Shown here piece by piece: positions 20,435 through 28,871 of a stretch of 64,000 bases of DNA. A program made the position numbers and the translations under genes. Position 1 is the stretch's first letter. Each line of letters opens with the position of its first letter. The stretch is from assembly GCA_049287045.1 (NCBI GenBank), contig JBAQFC010000009.1, positions 946 through 64,945 of the forward strand, given 5' to 3'. The notes below the pieces were generated by a model that saw only the letters and a list, made by a program, of their open reading frames with translations, had not been told where the DNA came from and ran no database searches. Origin of the DNA: Minisyncoccia bacterium (GTDB taxonomy: Bacteria > Patescibacteriota > Minisyncoccia > Phycocordibacterales > UBA9973).

Positions 20435-20797
20435 TTATTTTATTAATTCAGCTTCTTTTTTTCTAATATCAACATACTTAAACCAAGTATCAATAGAGTA
20501 ATTCATTTGACGTCTGAATTCTCTTTGGTAATATTGTTCTCTTGATTCTTTGTCCAGTGTAAATGAAGGTATTTCTCGTGCTCTCTCTTCTCTTTCCAAG
20601 TCATTAATCCTTTGGTTATACAGACGTACATAAAAATTTTTATCTGTCTCCATTTCCAATTCAGCAGTTGCTATGTCCTTAATTATAGCTTCGTCTTGAG
20701 GTGTTTTCATCTCCTCTTTTTGTTTAGCCCAATTTTGGTTAATAATTTCTTGGAACTTTTTAAGTTCTTTTTCTAGGTACTCCGCGTTTGTTTCCAT
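20435..20797 (-). CDS. Hypothetical coiled-coil protein
   Basis: ORF 120 aa, charged/heptad-like. Confidence 0.35.
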   Translation of the reverse strand: METNAEYLEKELKKFQEIINQNWAKQKEEMKTPQDEAIIKDIATAELEMETDKNFYVRLYNQRINDLEREERAREIPSFTLDKESREQYYQREFRRQMNYSIDTWFKYVDIRKKEAELIK

Positions 20798-20802
20798 TTC
20801 TC

Positions 20803-21165
20803 TTAGTTTTTTAATTGTGAATTTTTATTTAATTTTTCTTGTTCAATTCTTCTATTAAATTCATCTCTAATCAATATAGATTTTTCATAATCTTCTTCAT
20901 TGATTGAAATTTCTAATAGAGATTGTAATTCTTTGTTTTCTATTTTTTTATAATCAATTTCTGATTTAAATTTAAAATAGTCAATAAAATTTTCAGAATT
21001 GGCACCAATTTTTATCAAGGAAGTAGATTTATTTCTCTGCTTTTCCTTTTTAATTTCCTTTTGTATTTCTTTTTTGTTTTCTTTAGGTCCTCTCGAATAA
21101 AACAAAACGAGCAAAAGAAGTATTAGTACTTCTAGACCAGTTTCAATAAGATAAGACATATTCAT
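20803..21165 (-). CDS. Hypothetical membrane-anchored coiled-coil protein
   Basis: ORF 120 aa; N-terminal TM. Confidence 0.35.
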   Translation of the reverse strand: MNMSYLIETGLEVLILLLLVLFYSRGPKENKKEIQKEIKKEKQRNKSTSLIKIGANSENFIDYFKFKSEIDYKKIENKELQSLLEISINEEDYEKSILIRDEFNRRIEQEKLNKNSQLKN

Positions 21166-21244
21166 ATGACAAAGATTTATAGATTATTACTATTTTCATT
21201 AAAATACCATAGATTAGTTAAAAAAGGAAGAGGGTGTAATTAAA

Positions 21245-21283
21245 ATAGAAAAATAAAATGCAGCCCATTTTTAGGGCTGCATT
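21245..21283 (-). terminator. Rho-independent terminator
   Basis: tgcagcccatttttagggctgca. Confidence 0.65.
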
Positions 21284-21301
21284 GGATGTAAAATATTTTT
21301 T

Positions 21302-21724
21302 TTATTTTAATGGTTCGAACCCATATCTTGGGATACTGACTTTTTCACTATTTTCCTTATCGTCAAAACTATCTGACCACTCTTTTATTTTAAATCCGGC
21401 ATCTTTTAGTTCTTTAATATAATCAAAAGGTAGAAATTCTGTTTCAGTATTATTTTTCGGAAAAATAAGAGCAATCTTATCATTTTTTCTTTCTGTTTCA
21501 CTTTGAATATACTTAAAAAGTTTTACTGCGAACTCAAGTTTGTATTTTTTCCTTAAATTAATAAGGTTAATACCGTACGTAAGAGCCTGATTTAGTAGCA
21601 TTCGGTGGTGCTTGCTAATTTTTTTAATATAGATAGGAGTGTTAGTTTTACCAACACCGTCTCTCAATTCCTTCATCCTTATGTGGAGATTCAGAATCTT
21701 TTTTCTGTGTTTTTTGCTACTCAT
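21302..21724 (-). CDS. Hypothetical protein
   Basis: ORF 140 aa, basic N-terminus. Confidence 0.4.
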   Translation of the reverse strand: MSSKKHRKKILNLHIRMKELRDGVGKTNTPIYIKKISKHHRMLLNQALTYGINLINLRKKYKLEFAVKLFKYIQSETERKNDKIALIFPKNNTETEFLPFDYIKELKDAGFKIKEWSDSFDDKENSEKVSIPRYGFEPLK

Positions 21725-21903
21725 GTTCTGTTTTTTTGAGGTTTATAAAAATCAATTATTAGTTCTTCCAAAAATCTGTAAAGACCCTTGGATCAACCAA
21801 CAATTAATTAAAATAAAGCAGAATATCAAAGAACCACCATCCTTGGGATGATAGAATATTTACACTTGACTGTCAATTCATATTTATTTGTAATTTTAAA
21901 AAG

Positions 21904-22107
21904 CTACAAACATTTGCAATTACTTTCTGCTTCTTTGCATTTTTTGCACTTTACTTGCACCATAGATTTTTCATTACATGCTTGAAAATGTAAAGGATTG
22001 TATTGCATTGTGGTGTATCCACACTTAGGGCATTTAAATCCATCACCTTCACCATGACAAGTACTGCAATTTTTGGGAGACAAATGTTTTGTTATGTTGT
22101 AAGCCAT
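21904..22107 (-). CDS. Small Cys-rich protein (11 Cys / 67 aa; rubredoxin/zinc-ribbon-like CxxC...CPxCG)
   Basis: CSTCHGEGDGFKCPKCG ... CKKCKEAESNCKC; 9-nt spacing from upstream peroxiredoxin stop. Confidence 0.45.
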   Translation of the reverse strand: MAYNITKHLSPKNCSTCHGEGDGFKCPKCGYTTMQYNPLHFQACNEKSMVQVKCKKCKEAESNCKCL

Positions 22108-22116
22108 ATATATAGT

Positions 22117-22680
22117 TTAAATTTTTCCAACCAAATCAATCCCTGGTGTTAATACCTCTTTTCCTGGCTCCCAGTTTGCGGGACAGACGTTTTCACTATG
22201 TTCTCTGACAAATTTAGCTGCTTGTAGTTTTCTTAACATTTCCTTTGCACTTCTGCCAATATTATTGGCATGTATTTCGATTGTTTTTAAAACTCCATCA
22301 GGATCAATAATAAATGTACCACGTAAAGATAAACCCTCAGCTTCAATATAAGTTCCAAACATCATTGATACACTTCCAGTCGGATCAGCTAACATTGGAT
22401 ATTGTATTTTACTTATGGTCGGTGAGCTATCATGCCACGCTTTATGAGCAAAGGCGGTATCAGTACTAATGCTCATTATCTCCCCTCCTAAATTTTTAAC
22501 TTCTTCATAATACGTAGATGCATCTTCTAATTCTGTCGGACAAACAAAAGTAAAATCAGCTGGGTAAAAAATCAAGATTACCCATTTACCCTTGTATTCA
22601 GAAAGTTTTATTTTCTTTATTTCATTATTTTGGTATGCATCTACTTCAAAATCAGGCACAATTGAATTTATATTTATCAT
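22117..22680 (-). CDS. 2-Cys peroxiredoxin (AhpC/Tsa family)
   Basis: FTFVCPTELE peroxidatic Cys motif, 187 aa. Confidence 0.85.
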   Translation of the reverse strand: MININSIVPDFEVDAYQNNEIKKIKLSEYKGKWVILIFYPADFTFVCPTELEDASTYYEEVKNLGGEIMSISTDTAFAHKAWHDSSPTISKIQYPMLADPTGSVSMMFGTYIEAEGLSLRGTFIIDPDGVLKTIEIHANNIGRSAKEMLRKLQAAKFVREHSENVCPANWEPGKEVLTPGIDLVGKI

Positions 22681-22696
22681 AATATGATTATATCAA

Positions 22697-23062
22697 TTAA
22701 AAACCTGAAGCACGAGTTACGCTATCTAGGTTGATTTGTTTAGAATCATCTTTGTCTTTTATTAATTCTTTTAGAAGAACATAAATATCCTGTAGCTCTG
22801 AATTAACTATTCGTGCTTCCAAAAATATTCCATCCTCATGAGGAGTCCTTTCTTTTGAAATAACTTTTTCTATTTTTAGAACTATTACTTCACTAAAGAA
22901 TGGTTTATAAATATTCAGCATATCCTCAATACTATATTTAGCAGTGTAAAGTTCATCTGATTTTAATAACTCCAAATTTCCCAATGTGAGCATTTTTCTT
23001 ACCTTCACAAAATGTGACATTAAATTTTCTACCAATTCCTTGTTTGTCATATAAGTACACAT
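22697..23062 (-). CDS. Hypothetical protein
   Basis: ORF 121 aa. Confidence 0.4.
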   Translation of the reverse strand: MCTYMTNKELVENLMSHFVKVRKMLTLGNLELLKSDELYTAKYSIEDMLNIYKPFFSEVIVLKIEKVISKERTPHEDGIFLEARIVNSELQDIYVLLKELIKDKDDSKQINLDSVTRASGF

Positions 23063-23210
23063 CTTAACATTTTAATTATGGAAATAGTAAATTTATATAT
23101 TTGACATACCTAGAACTATAAGCTATTGTATACATGAATCGTTTAACTTTGTTCCGTTAAATAAATTCCGAAAATTAACTAATTATTTAACCATTTAAAA
23201 TTAAAAAACT

Positions 23211-23486
23211 ATGGGAAATCTTATTTACCACTCATTGCCGTTTATTTTGGCTATCATTATCACTTTGTACACTATGTATCTATTTTTTACAAGAGGTATA
23301 ATTGTAAACGTAGTTGGGCTATTAATGTTAGCTTTCAATTTAACAATTTGGGGAGCCTGGTTTTTACCAAATGTCCCAAATAGTCCATTAACAATATGTA
23401 CAGTTCTTGTATTTACTGCATCAACAATTTTAATTTTTGTTATTGCTAAATATTTTATTGATGGCACGAAAAAAATTCAACAATAG
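23211..23486 (+). CDS. Small membrane protein (3 TM)
   Basis: ORF 91 aa hydrophobic; followed by terminator. Confidence 0.35.
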   Translation: MGNLIYHSLPFILAIIITLYTMYLFFTRGIIVNVVGLLMLAFNLTIWGAWFLPNVPNSPLTICTVLVFTASTILIFVIAKYFIDGTKKIQQ

Positions 23487-23498
23487 TATTTAATCATC

Positions 23499-23531
23499 AA
23501 AAAAAACACTTCAATCGAAGTGTTTTTTTTA
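23499..23531. terminator. Bidirectional terminator
   Basis: aaaaaaaacacttcaatcgaagtgtttttttt. Confidence 0.7.
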
Positions 23532-23564
23532 ATTTTAAATTAAAATCATACAACAATAAAAGAA

Positions 23565-24191
23565 TCAATTAAACGTTAAGGTGTGACGAATTTGATCAAA
23601 CTGATCTAAAAGTGCTTTTTCGTTAAATTGTTTTATTGTCCCCTCTGGATAGTTTTCAAGAACTCCATAATGAATAAAATAACGTACTGCTATACATGAG
23701 TTTGTTCCTGGAATTGCGTATATTTTTTCCTCGTATCTATTTCCTGCTGCTGCGCCGGTAGATGAAGCATACGAATAAGTCATATTTCCATCAATCAAAC
23801 TACTAGCTTTAGCTTGATCTAGAAAAAGATCCGCTGTGCAATTTTTACTCTGTTTGATATTTTCAATACTTATATATGAATCATTGCTTAGGTTTGTTCC
23901 ATCTGATATTGATTTTGGAATAGCAAATTTTATACCTTCTATGTCTTTGCCAGGTCCTAGCATTTGGTATTTATATGTATTATCAATAATAAAATTTTCT
24001 GGATATGTTACAGACATATGCAAAGCAATATCTGTATAAGTTTTGTATTGCGTCATTTCTAGTTTGATTGGCAAATAATATATATTTATTTTTCGCTCCC
24101 CTATCACAAAACCAACAAAAAAAGTTGAAACAAATAAAACAACCGCAAGCAGTTTAGAATACCAAGTTACTTTGTAAAATTCTATTTTCAT
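23565..24191 (-). CDS. Hypothetical membrane-anchored extracytoplasmic protein
   Basis: ORF 208 aa, N-terminal TM. Confidence 0.4.
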   Translation of the reverse strand: MKIEFYKVTWYSKLLAVVLFVSTFFVGFVIGERKINIYYLPIKLEMTQYKTYTDIALHMSVTYPENFIIDNTYKYQMLGPGKDIEGIKFAIPKSISDGTNLSNDSYISIENIKQSKNCTADLFLDQAKASSLIDGNMTYSYASSTGAAAGNRYEEKIYAIPGTNSCIAVRYFIHYGVLENYPEGTIKQFNEKALLDQFDQIRHTLTFN

Positions 24192-24285
24192 AAATTAATT
24201 ATACTACTTCTAAGTTTATACGTTCAATTTTAATTTAAAATAAAAAAACATCCCTTACAAAGAGATGCTTTTACTGACATTTTTA

Positions 24286-24873
24286 TCATATTTTTTTATT
24301 AGCTTGTGCCAAAAATAATTTATAGCTACAGTTTACAATCTTGTCATCCATGTATCCAGCATACCCATGTTGAAAGAACGTGATTCCTGTTGGATTAATC
24401 CAATACTGTGCAAAAAAATTTCTTGGATCGTTGTCGTCATTTTTATATACATCAACAAGAATAGATATTATCTTACTTTGATCATTTTTAAATGTATGAA
24501 AATGATGTATGTTATTCAGACTATCACGAAGAATATAATCGTGTTCTGTCCAAAAACGATATTCTCTTTCAGTAAAATCAGGAGTTCCATGTTTTTCAAC
24601 ATAGTTGGCTAGCCTGTTAAACTTTCTTTTACTCATTGCTAAGGTCGGTACAGATATTTCTTCTTTAGGATCTAAATAAAAATATTCATCCATAGATGTT
24701 GAAATATTTGTATTACTTGTTTGAGTAACTTGCGATTGTTTTACTTTATTAGAACAACTAACAAAGATAAAAATAAATAAAGTTAATACGAAAACTGAGA
24801 TTACATTTTTCATGATATATAGTTTTAATTGGGTTACCACAAACCCCTTATATTTAGGATCTTTGGTAACCAA
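24286..24873 (-). CDS. Putative lipoprotein (probable start at internal MKNVISVF..., lipobox FVSC)
   Basis: signal + L-x-x-C lipobox-like motif. Confidence 0.4.
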   Translation of the reverse strand: MVTKDPKYKGFVVTQLKLYIMKNVISVFVLTLFIFIFVSCSNKVKQSQVTQTSNTNISTSMDEYFYLDPKEEISVPTLAMSKRKFNRLANYVEKHGTPDFTEREYRFWTEHDYILRDSLNNIHHFHTFKNDQSKIISILVDVYKNDDNDPRNFFAQYWINPTGITFFQHGYAGYMDDKIVNCSYKLFLAQANKKI

Positions 24874-24945
24874 TCAAAACATTTTTAAGGAGCTAATTAA
24901 CTAACTTAAGTATAGCATAATTATATTAAAAAGTCAATAGATATA

Positions 24946-24963
24946 AACCTTATAAAATAAGGC
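24946..24963. repeat. Minimal R1-type hairpin CCTTAT-aaa-ATAAGG (followed by gcttata) upstream of bcp
   Basis: aaccttataaaataaggcttat; same stem arms as the long R1 elements. Confidence 0.4.
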
Positions 24964-25024
24964 TTATATAACTTATTAACTTTTTTCATATGGTACACAC
25001 ATATATAAGTGATATAGTTTATAT

Positions 25025-25474
25025 ATGCTCAAAGTAAAAACTCTAGCTCCAAATTTTAAACTTTTAGACCAAGATGGAAAGGAACATTCACTTGTTTACC
25101 ATCGTGGTTCTTATGTTCTTATTTATTTTTATCCCAAAGATGATACACCTGATTGTATAAAAGAAGCTTTCAGTATACGTGACTTATATAAGGATTTTAA
25201 AGCTAATGATATTAAAGTTTTTGGTATAAGTCCTGATTCAATAGAAAGTCATAAAAAATTTGCAGAAAAATATAATCTTCCATTCACTTTATTATCTGAC
25301 CCTGAAAAAAAAGTTATCCAAATGTATGAAGCAGATAGTATTATTTTCTGTAAACGAATTTCATATCTAATAGGCCCTGACGGAACGATAGAAAAAGTTT
25401 ATCCCAATGTAGACCCCGCTAAACATGGCATTGAAATACTTAACGACTTTTATGATTTACATTTTAAACGGTAA
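25025..25474 (+). CDS. bcp: Thiol peroxidase Bcp/PrxQ (peroxiredoxin)
   Basis: LIYFYPKDDTPDCIKEA matches Bcp FYPKDDTPGCT. Confidence 0.8.
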   Translation: MLKVKTLAPNFKLLDQDGKEHSLVYHRGSYVLIYFYPKDDTPDCIKEAFSIRDLYKDFKANDIKVFGISPDSIESHKKFAEKYNLPFTLLSDPEKKVIQMYEADSIIFCKRISYLIGPDGTIEKVYPNVDPAKHGIEILNDFYDLHFKR

Positions 25475-25507
25475 GAAAAAATATAAAATAGATGACAATG
25501 ATAGATT

Positions 25508-25975
25508 CTATTTATTTATCACTGTGACAATAGCCGATTCAAGTTTTGTTGGTTCATCAGTTCCGATTCGATAGATTTTTCCGTTCTTCATAATTAATTC
25601 AACCGCATCAAAACCTGAAACACTATATATCCACATTTTGGGCCACAGCCACAATTTTATTCCCCATCCATAATACCAATGATTCTTTACTGTTCTAACT
25701 GAAGCTATTTGATTAAGTGCGAACTTCCTGGTAAAAATTCCGTAACCAAATTTGATCCGGAGGTAGTTTTCATCAGTCGAAACCGTCAGCGTGGCAAACG
25801 ATGCAAGAATAAACACAATCAACACCATCACAGCAGTAACGAGAAAATTTGTGCCGGAGTCGACTGAAGGAGGTTCGGCCCTGGCCGTAAGATGAGCCCA
25901 TGTGAAAAACACCAGCACGGCTAGCGTAATAACCAGCATCAGATATCCAATTTGAGTGTGTTTATATGAAACCAT
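25508..25975 (-). CDS. Membrane protein with C-terminal bacterial PH-like domain (tentative)
   Basis: 2 TM then beta-rich ~90 aa region; weak resemblance to bPH_2. Confidence 0.35.
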   Translation of the reverse strand: MVSYKHTQIGYLMLVITLAVLVFFTWAHLTARAEPPSVDSGTNFLVTAVMVLIVFILASFATLTVSTDENYLRIKFGYGIFTRKFALNQIASVRTVKNHWYYGWGIKLWLWPKMWIYSVSGFDAVELIMKNGKIYRIGTDEPTKLESAIVTVINK

Positions 25976-26012
25976 AAATATATTATATCAAATAAAGTTA
26001 AAAATACGAGTT

Positions 26013-26067
26013 GACCTTATTGGACAATATTGGAGGCATTTTTAATGCAGAATGAGGTTTAAATATC
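26013..26067. repeat. R1 intergenic element copy A (gaccttattggac...ttggagg...tttttaat...gaggtttaaa)
   Basis: aligned by eye with copies at 26607, 27343, 28051. Confidence 0.55.
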
Positions 26068-26155
26068 TTATTTATATTTCTTTAACTTCAATAATATCTT
26101 GAGTGATAATCTTTGAAGAATATTAAGAATCAGAATGTTAAAATCTTTTTCATAA

Positions 26156-26560
26156 TTATTTATTTAGATAAGTTATAGTTAATTGTAATACTGTTGCAAA
26201 TGACACCCACAATAAATAAGGGATATTTATATAAACAACCCATCTAAGTTCTGGTAATGCATTCCAGACAACAAAAAGAGCCCATATAAGAGTTGTAAGA
26301 ACTAGAACAATATCAACAGCTGCAAGAAGATTATTTTTCAGCCCAAATTGGATGGGGGTAAAAGCTAAATTAAAAATAAGATTTAAAATAAAAGGTAATA
26401 CTATTATCCAAGAAAGTTTGGCATTAAAAGCCTTATAAAAAACTGCCCCAAAAGAAACAAAAATAATAGCGTATAAAAGAGTCCAAACAGGACCAAAAAT
26501 CCAGCTAGGTGGTGCCCAGGTAGGTTTGATTAGATGTTGATACCAATCATATGTGTTCAT
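26156..26560 (-). CDS. TspO/MBR-family tryptophan-rich membrane protein
   Basis: WYQHLIKPTWAPPSWIFGPVWTLLYAII matches TspO N-terminal signature (W..L.KP.W.PP...F.PVW..LY). Confidence 0.55.
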   Translation of the reverse strand: MNTYDWYQHLIKPTWAPPSWIFGPVWTLLYAIIFVSFGAVFYKAFNAKLSWIIVLPFILNLIFNLAFTPIQFGLKNNLLAAVDIVLVLTTLIWALFVVWNALPELRWVVYINIPYLLWVSFATVLQLTITYLNK

Positions 26561-26606
26561 AATAAAATTATATCATAGTTGATATCCGATATTTGGATTT
26601 AGTGCT

Positions 26607-26649
26607 AACCTTATGGGACGCTGTCGAATCTATTTTAATAAATAAACAA
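26607..26649. repeat. R1 intergenic element copy B
   Basis: aaccttatgggacgctgtcgaatctattttaataaataa. Confidence 0.5.
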
Positions 26650-26680
26650 TAAAAAAGGGCTTCACGTTACATGAAGCCCT
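26650..26680 (-). terminator. Rho-independent terminator
   Basis: gggcttcacgttacatgaagccc + T-run on minus. Confidence 0.65.
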
Positions 26681-26689
26681 TAATAAACA

Positions 26690-27193
26690 TTAATAAATTC
26701 TACGATGCTGTCGTATTGGTTTAGTCAATTCAATACCATCATCATAATGTCTGGAATTAAGATTTTTAATTTTTTCATAAAGCTTTTCGGAATTATATAA
26801 AACATCAACTGGTGATTCCTGATCTTTAAAAAGATGTCCGAATAAACCAACATAATCAGAATTTGTTTTCCCATAAAGTTTTATATAGGACTTAGTTTCA
26901 AGCGAGGAAAAAGAAATTAATCCACCCAAATACACATAAGAATATATAGGTAAATCTACAAAAACGATTGCTCCCGGATTATTATATTCAATCAAAACTT
27001 GATTGTTCTTTGTTTTAGTAATGCCATTTTCTGGTACATCAATAAGTTTGTAACAATTATAATTTGGGACGAACGAAAAGTGTATTGTTTCATCAAAAAT
27101 TAATAGTTTGTCACCCGCGAGAATATCCTTTACCTGTTTCTTGATTATAAAACTATTTGAATCAGGTAATAAGAAAGAATTTATTTTTTTCAT
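26690..27193 (-). CDS. Hypothetical protein
   Basis: ORF 167 aa. Confidence 0.4.
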   Translation of the reverse strand: MKKINSFLLPDSNSFIIKKQVKDILAGDKLLIFDETIHFSFVPNYNCYKLIDVPENGITKTKNNQVLIEYNNPGAIVFVDLPIYSYVYLGGLISFSSLETKSYIKLYGKTNSDYVGLFGHLFKDQESPVDVLYNSEKLYEKIKNLNSRHYDDGIELTKPIRQHRRIY

Positions 27194-27267
27194 ATTTTAT
27201 AGATTTAAATTGTTTAATTGATTGATTTACTTTATTCTCCATTTAGAAGCACAAGGTAAATCAATCA

Positions 27268-27437
27268 TTAACAAATAAACCAAATATCAAAGAGCTATTA
27301 TTGTTTGGATAATAGAGTATTTATATCAATATGTCAATTACTGACATTATGGGACAAAATTGAAACCTTTTTGATACAAAATAAGGCTTAAATTCAGTGC
27401 TGTTTGTCTAGTGCGACGTTGGAACATTTTTGAAATC
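27268..27437. repeat. Composite R2+R1 element (R2: aaataaaccaaatatcaaagagctattatt-hairpin-...tgtcaattactgaca; R1: gacattatgggac...ttgaaacctttttgat...aaaataaggcttaaa) plus partial second R1 core (cgacgttggaacatttttgaaatc)
   Basis: direct sequence comparison with 28768-28871 and other R1 copies. Confidence 0.55.
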
Positions 27438-27448
27438 TATTTAACTCT

Positions 27449-28018
27449 CTAACGTGATTCACCCTCAAAATCAGGCACGACAATCCCCCATTGCATTGTT
27501 GCTGGATTAAGTTTTAAATATGTACTTTTACCGACAGAAGGGATGGCCGTCATCGGTTCATTCGATTTACGTTCTGTATAGTTAACCACGATTACATTTT
27601 TATGCTGCGAATTAGGGCTAATTTCAGTAGTTTGCGGAGCTATCCTATCTCCCAATAAATATCCATCAGAGCCGGCGTATCCAGTGTCTGTTTTTAGAGC
27701 AGCCATAACATAAAAGAAAGTGCCTGAGCCACCGCTGTTCTGGGTGAGAAGAAAAACGACATCTTCTTGGCCATCATTGTTTAAGTCTGTTTTTAGTTCG
27801 TTACCAAAATATTGAGTGGTAAGCTTCGAAACAGAACCTGGTGTAATATCTGTTTGAGCGGCACCGTCTTGCAGTTTTATTTTTTTGCCTTCGATGACAT
27901 ACTCTATATTTTTGTAGCCAATTTCCACAACCGTTTGTTTGCGTACATAAGCATTTAACATAAAAAATCCGACAACAATAACAACAATCATCAGAAAAAA
28001 TAAAAAGGTTTTTTTCAT
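27449..28018 (-). CDS. Hypothetical secreted/membrane-anchored protein
   Basis: ORF 189 aa, N-terminal TM. Confidence 0.4.
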   Translation of the reverse strand: MKKTFLFFLMIVVIVVGFFMLNAYVRKQTVVEIGYKNIEYVIEGKKIKLQDGAAQTDITPGSVSKLTTQYFGNELKTDLNNDGQEDVVFLLTQNSGGSGTFFYVMAALKTDTGYAGSDGYLLGDRIAPQTTEISPNSQHKNVIVVNYTERKSNEPMTAIPSVGKSTYLKLNPATMQWGIVVPDFEGESR

Positions 28019-28024
28019 GTAAAC

Positions 28025-28033
28025 ATTATAGCA
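28025..28033 (-). promoter_or_regulatory. Extended -10 (TGcTATAAT) 6 nt upstream of ATG: leaderless-type promoter
   Basis: minus-strand reading cgTGCTATAATgtttacATG. Confidence 0.4.
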
Positions 28034-28050
28034 CGCAGGAACAATTTGCT

Positions 28051-28102
28051 GACCTTATGAGACGATGTAGGAAACTTTTTGATGGAAAATAAGACCTAAA
28101 CC
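28051..28102. repeat. R1 intergenic element copy D
   Basis: gaccttatgagacgatgtaggaaactttttgatggaaaataagacctaaacc. Confidence 0.55.
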
Positions 28103-28124
28103 CCATATCTTTCAATAAATCGAA

Positions 28125-28166
28125 TAAAAAAAGCCGTATCTTTAGAAAATCTCTAAGGATACGGCG
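28125..28166 (-). terminator. Rho-independent terminator
   Basis: gccgtatctttagaaaatctctaaggatacggc + T-run on minus. Confidence 0.6.
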
Positions 28167-28187
28167 TTCACTATTTGTATAGTGTAT

Positions 28188-28688
28188 TTATTTTGAAATA
28201 GTATAAGCAATTCCTGTATTACACGGTAATTGTTCTGATAAATCTAAGCCCGAATAGAAGTATTGATCTTCAATTTTTTTAAGGCAAATAGTTGTTAACC
28301 AATAACCTTGAGGGTCGTAACAAAGTTTACCGATTCTTGGTATTACAACTTGTTTAAAGTTACCAAAATTTAATTTTTCAAAATTATCAGCTATCAAACA
28401 GGCAATTTCAAAGTAAGGTTTCTCTAATTTAACATTTAAGAGTTTTTCAACTTTTTGTTTATTCATTGGCTTGATTATTATAATCTCAGTATCACCACGA
28501 AATGGTGAATTGAAATTATTGTCATTATTTAAAACAAATTCAAAGACCCCGTTATTATTACTAGATGTTTTCTTAGTAACAATATTGAAATGTTTATTTT
28601 TTAAATAATTCAGCCATTGTTTTCCAGACCTATCTTGTGGTTTAATTGTGAGACGAATAAATTCATCATTAGATTTAATACTATTCAT
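28188..28688 (-). CDS. Hypothetical protein
   Basis: ORF 166 aa. Confidence 0.4.
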   Translation of the reverse strand: MNSIKSNDEFIRLTIKPQDRSGKQWLNYLKNKHFNIVTKKTSSNNNGVFEFVLNNDNNFNSPFRGDTEIIIIKPMNKQKVEKLLNVKLEKPYFEIACLIADNFEKLNFGNFKQVVIPRIGKLCYDPQGYWLTTICLKKIEDQYFYSGLDLSEQLPCNTGIAYTISK

Positions 28689-28767
28689 TTTTATTTTTGA
28701 TTTAAATTAGTTTGCAATATTGCTCTGTAGAAATCAATAAATGACGTCCAGAGAGCAATACACAAAA

Positions 28768-28871
28768 AAATAACCAAATATATCAAAGAACTATTATTAC
28801 ATAAAATAATAGCATATTTTATTCATTTGTCAATTACTGGCAGTCTGGTATGAAGTTGGAACTTTAATGAC
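28768..28871. repeat. Composite R2 + partial R1 element (aaccaaatatatcaaagaactattattacataaaataatag...tgtcaattactggcagtctggtatgaagttggaactttaatgac)
   Basis: ~70% identical by eye to 27268-27345; internal 8-bp hairpin ctattatt/aataatag. Confidence 0.55.
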
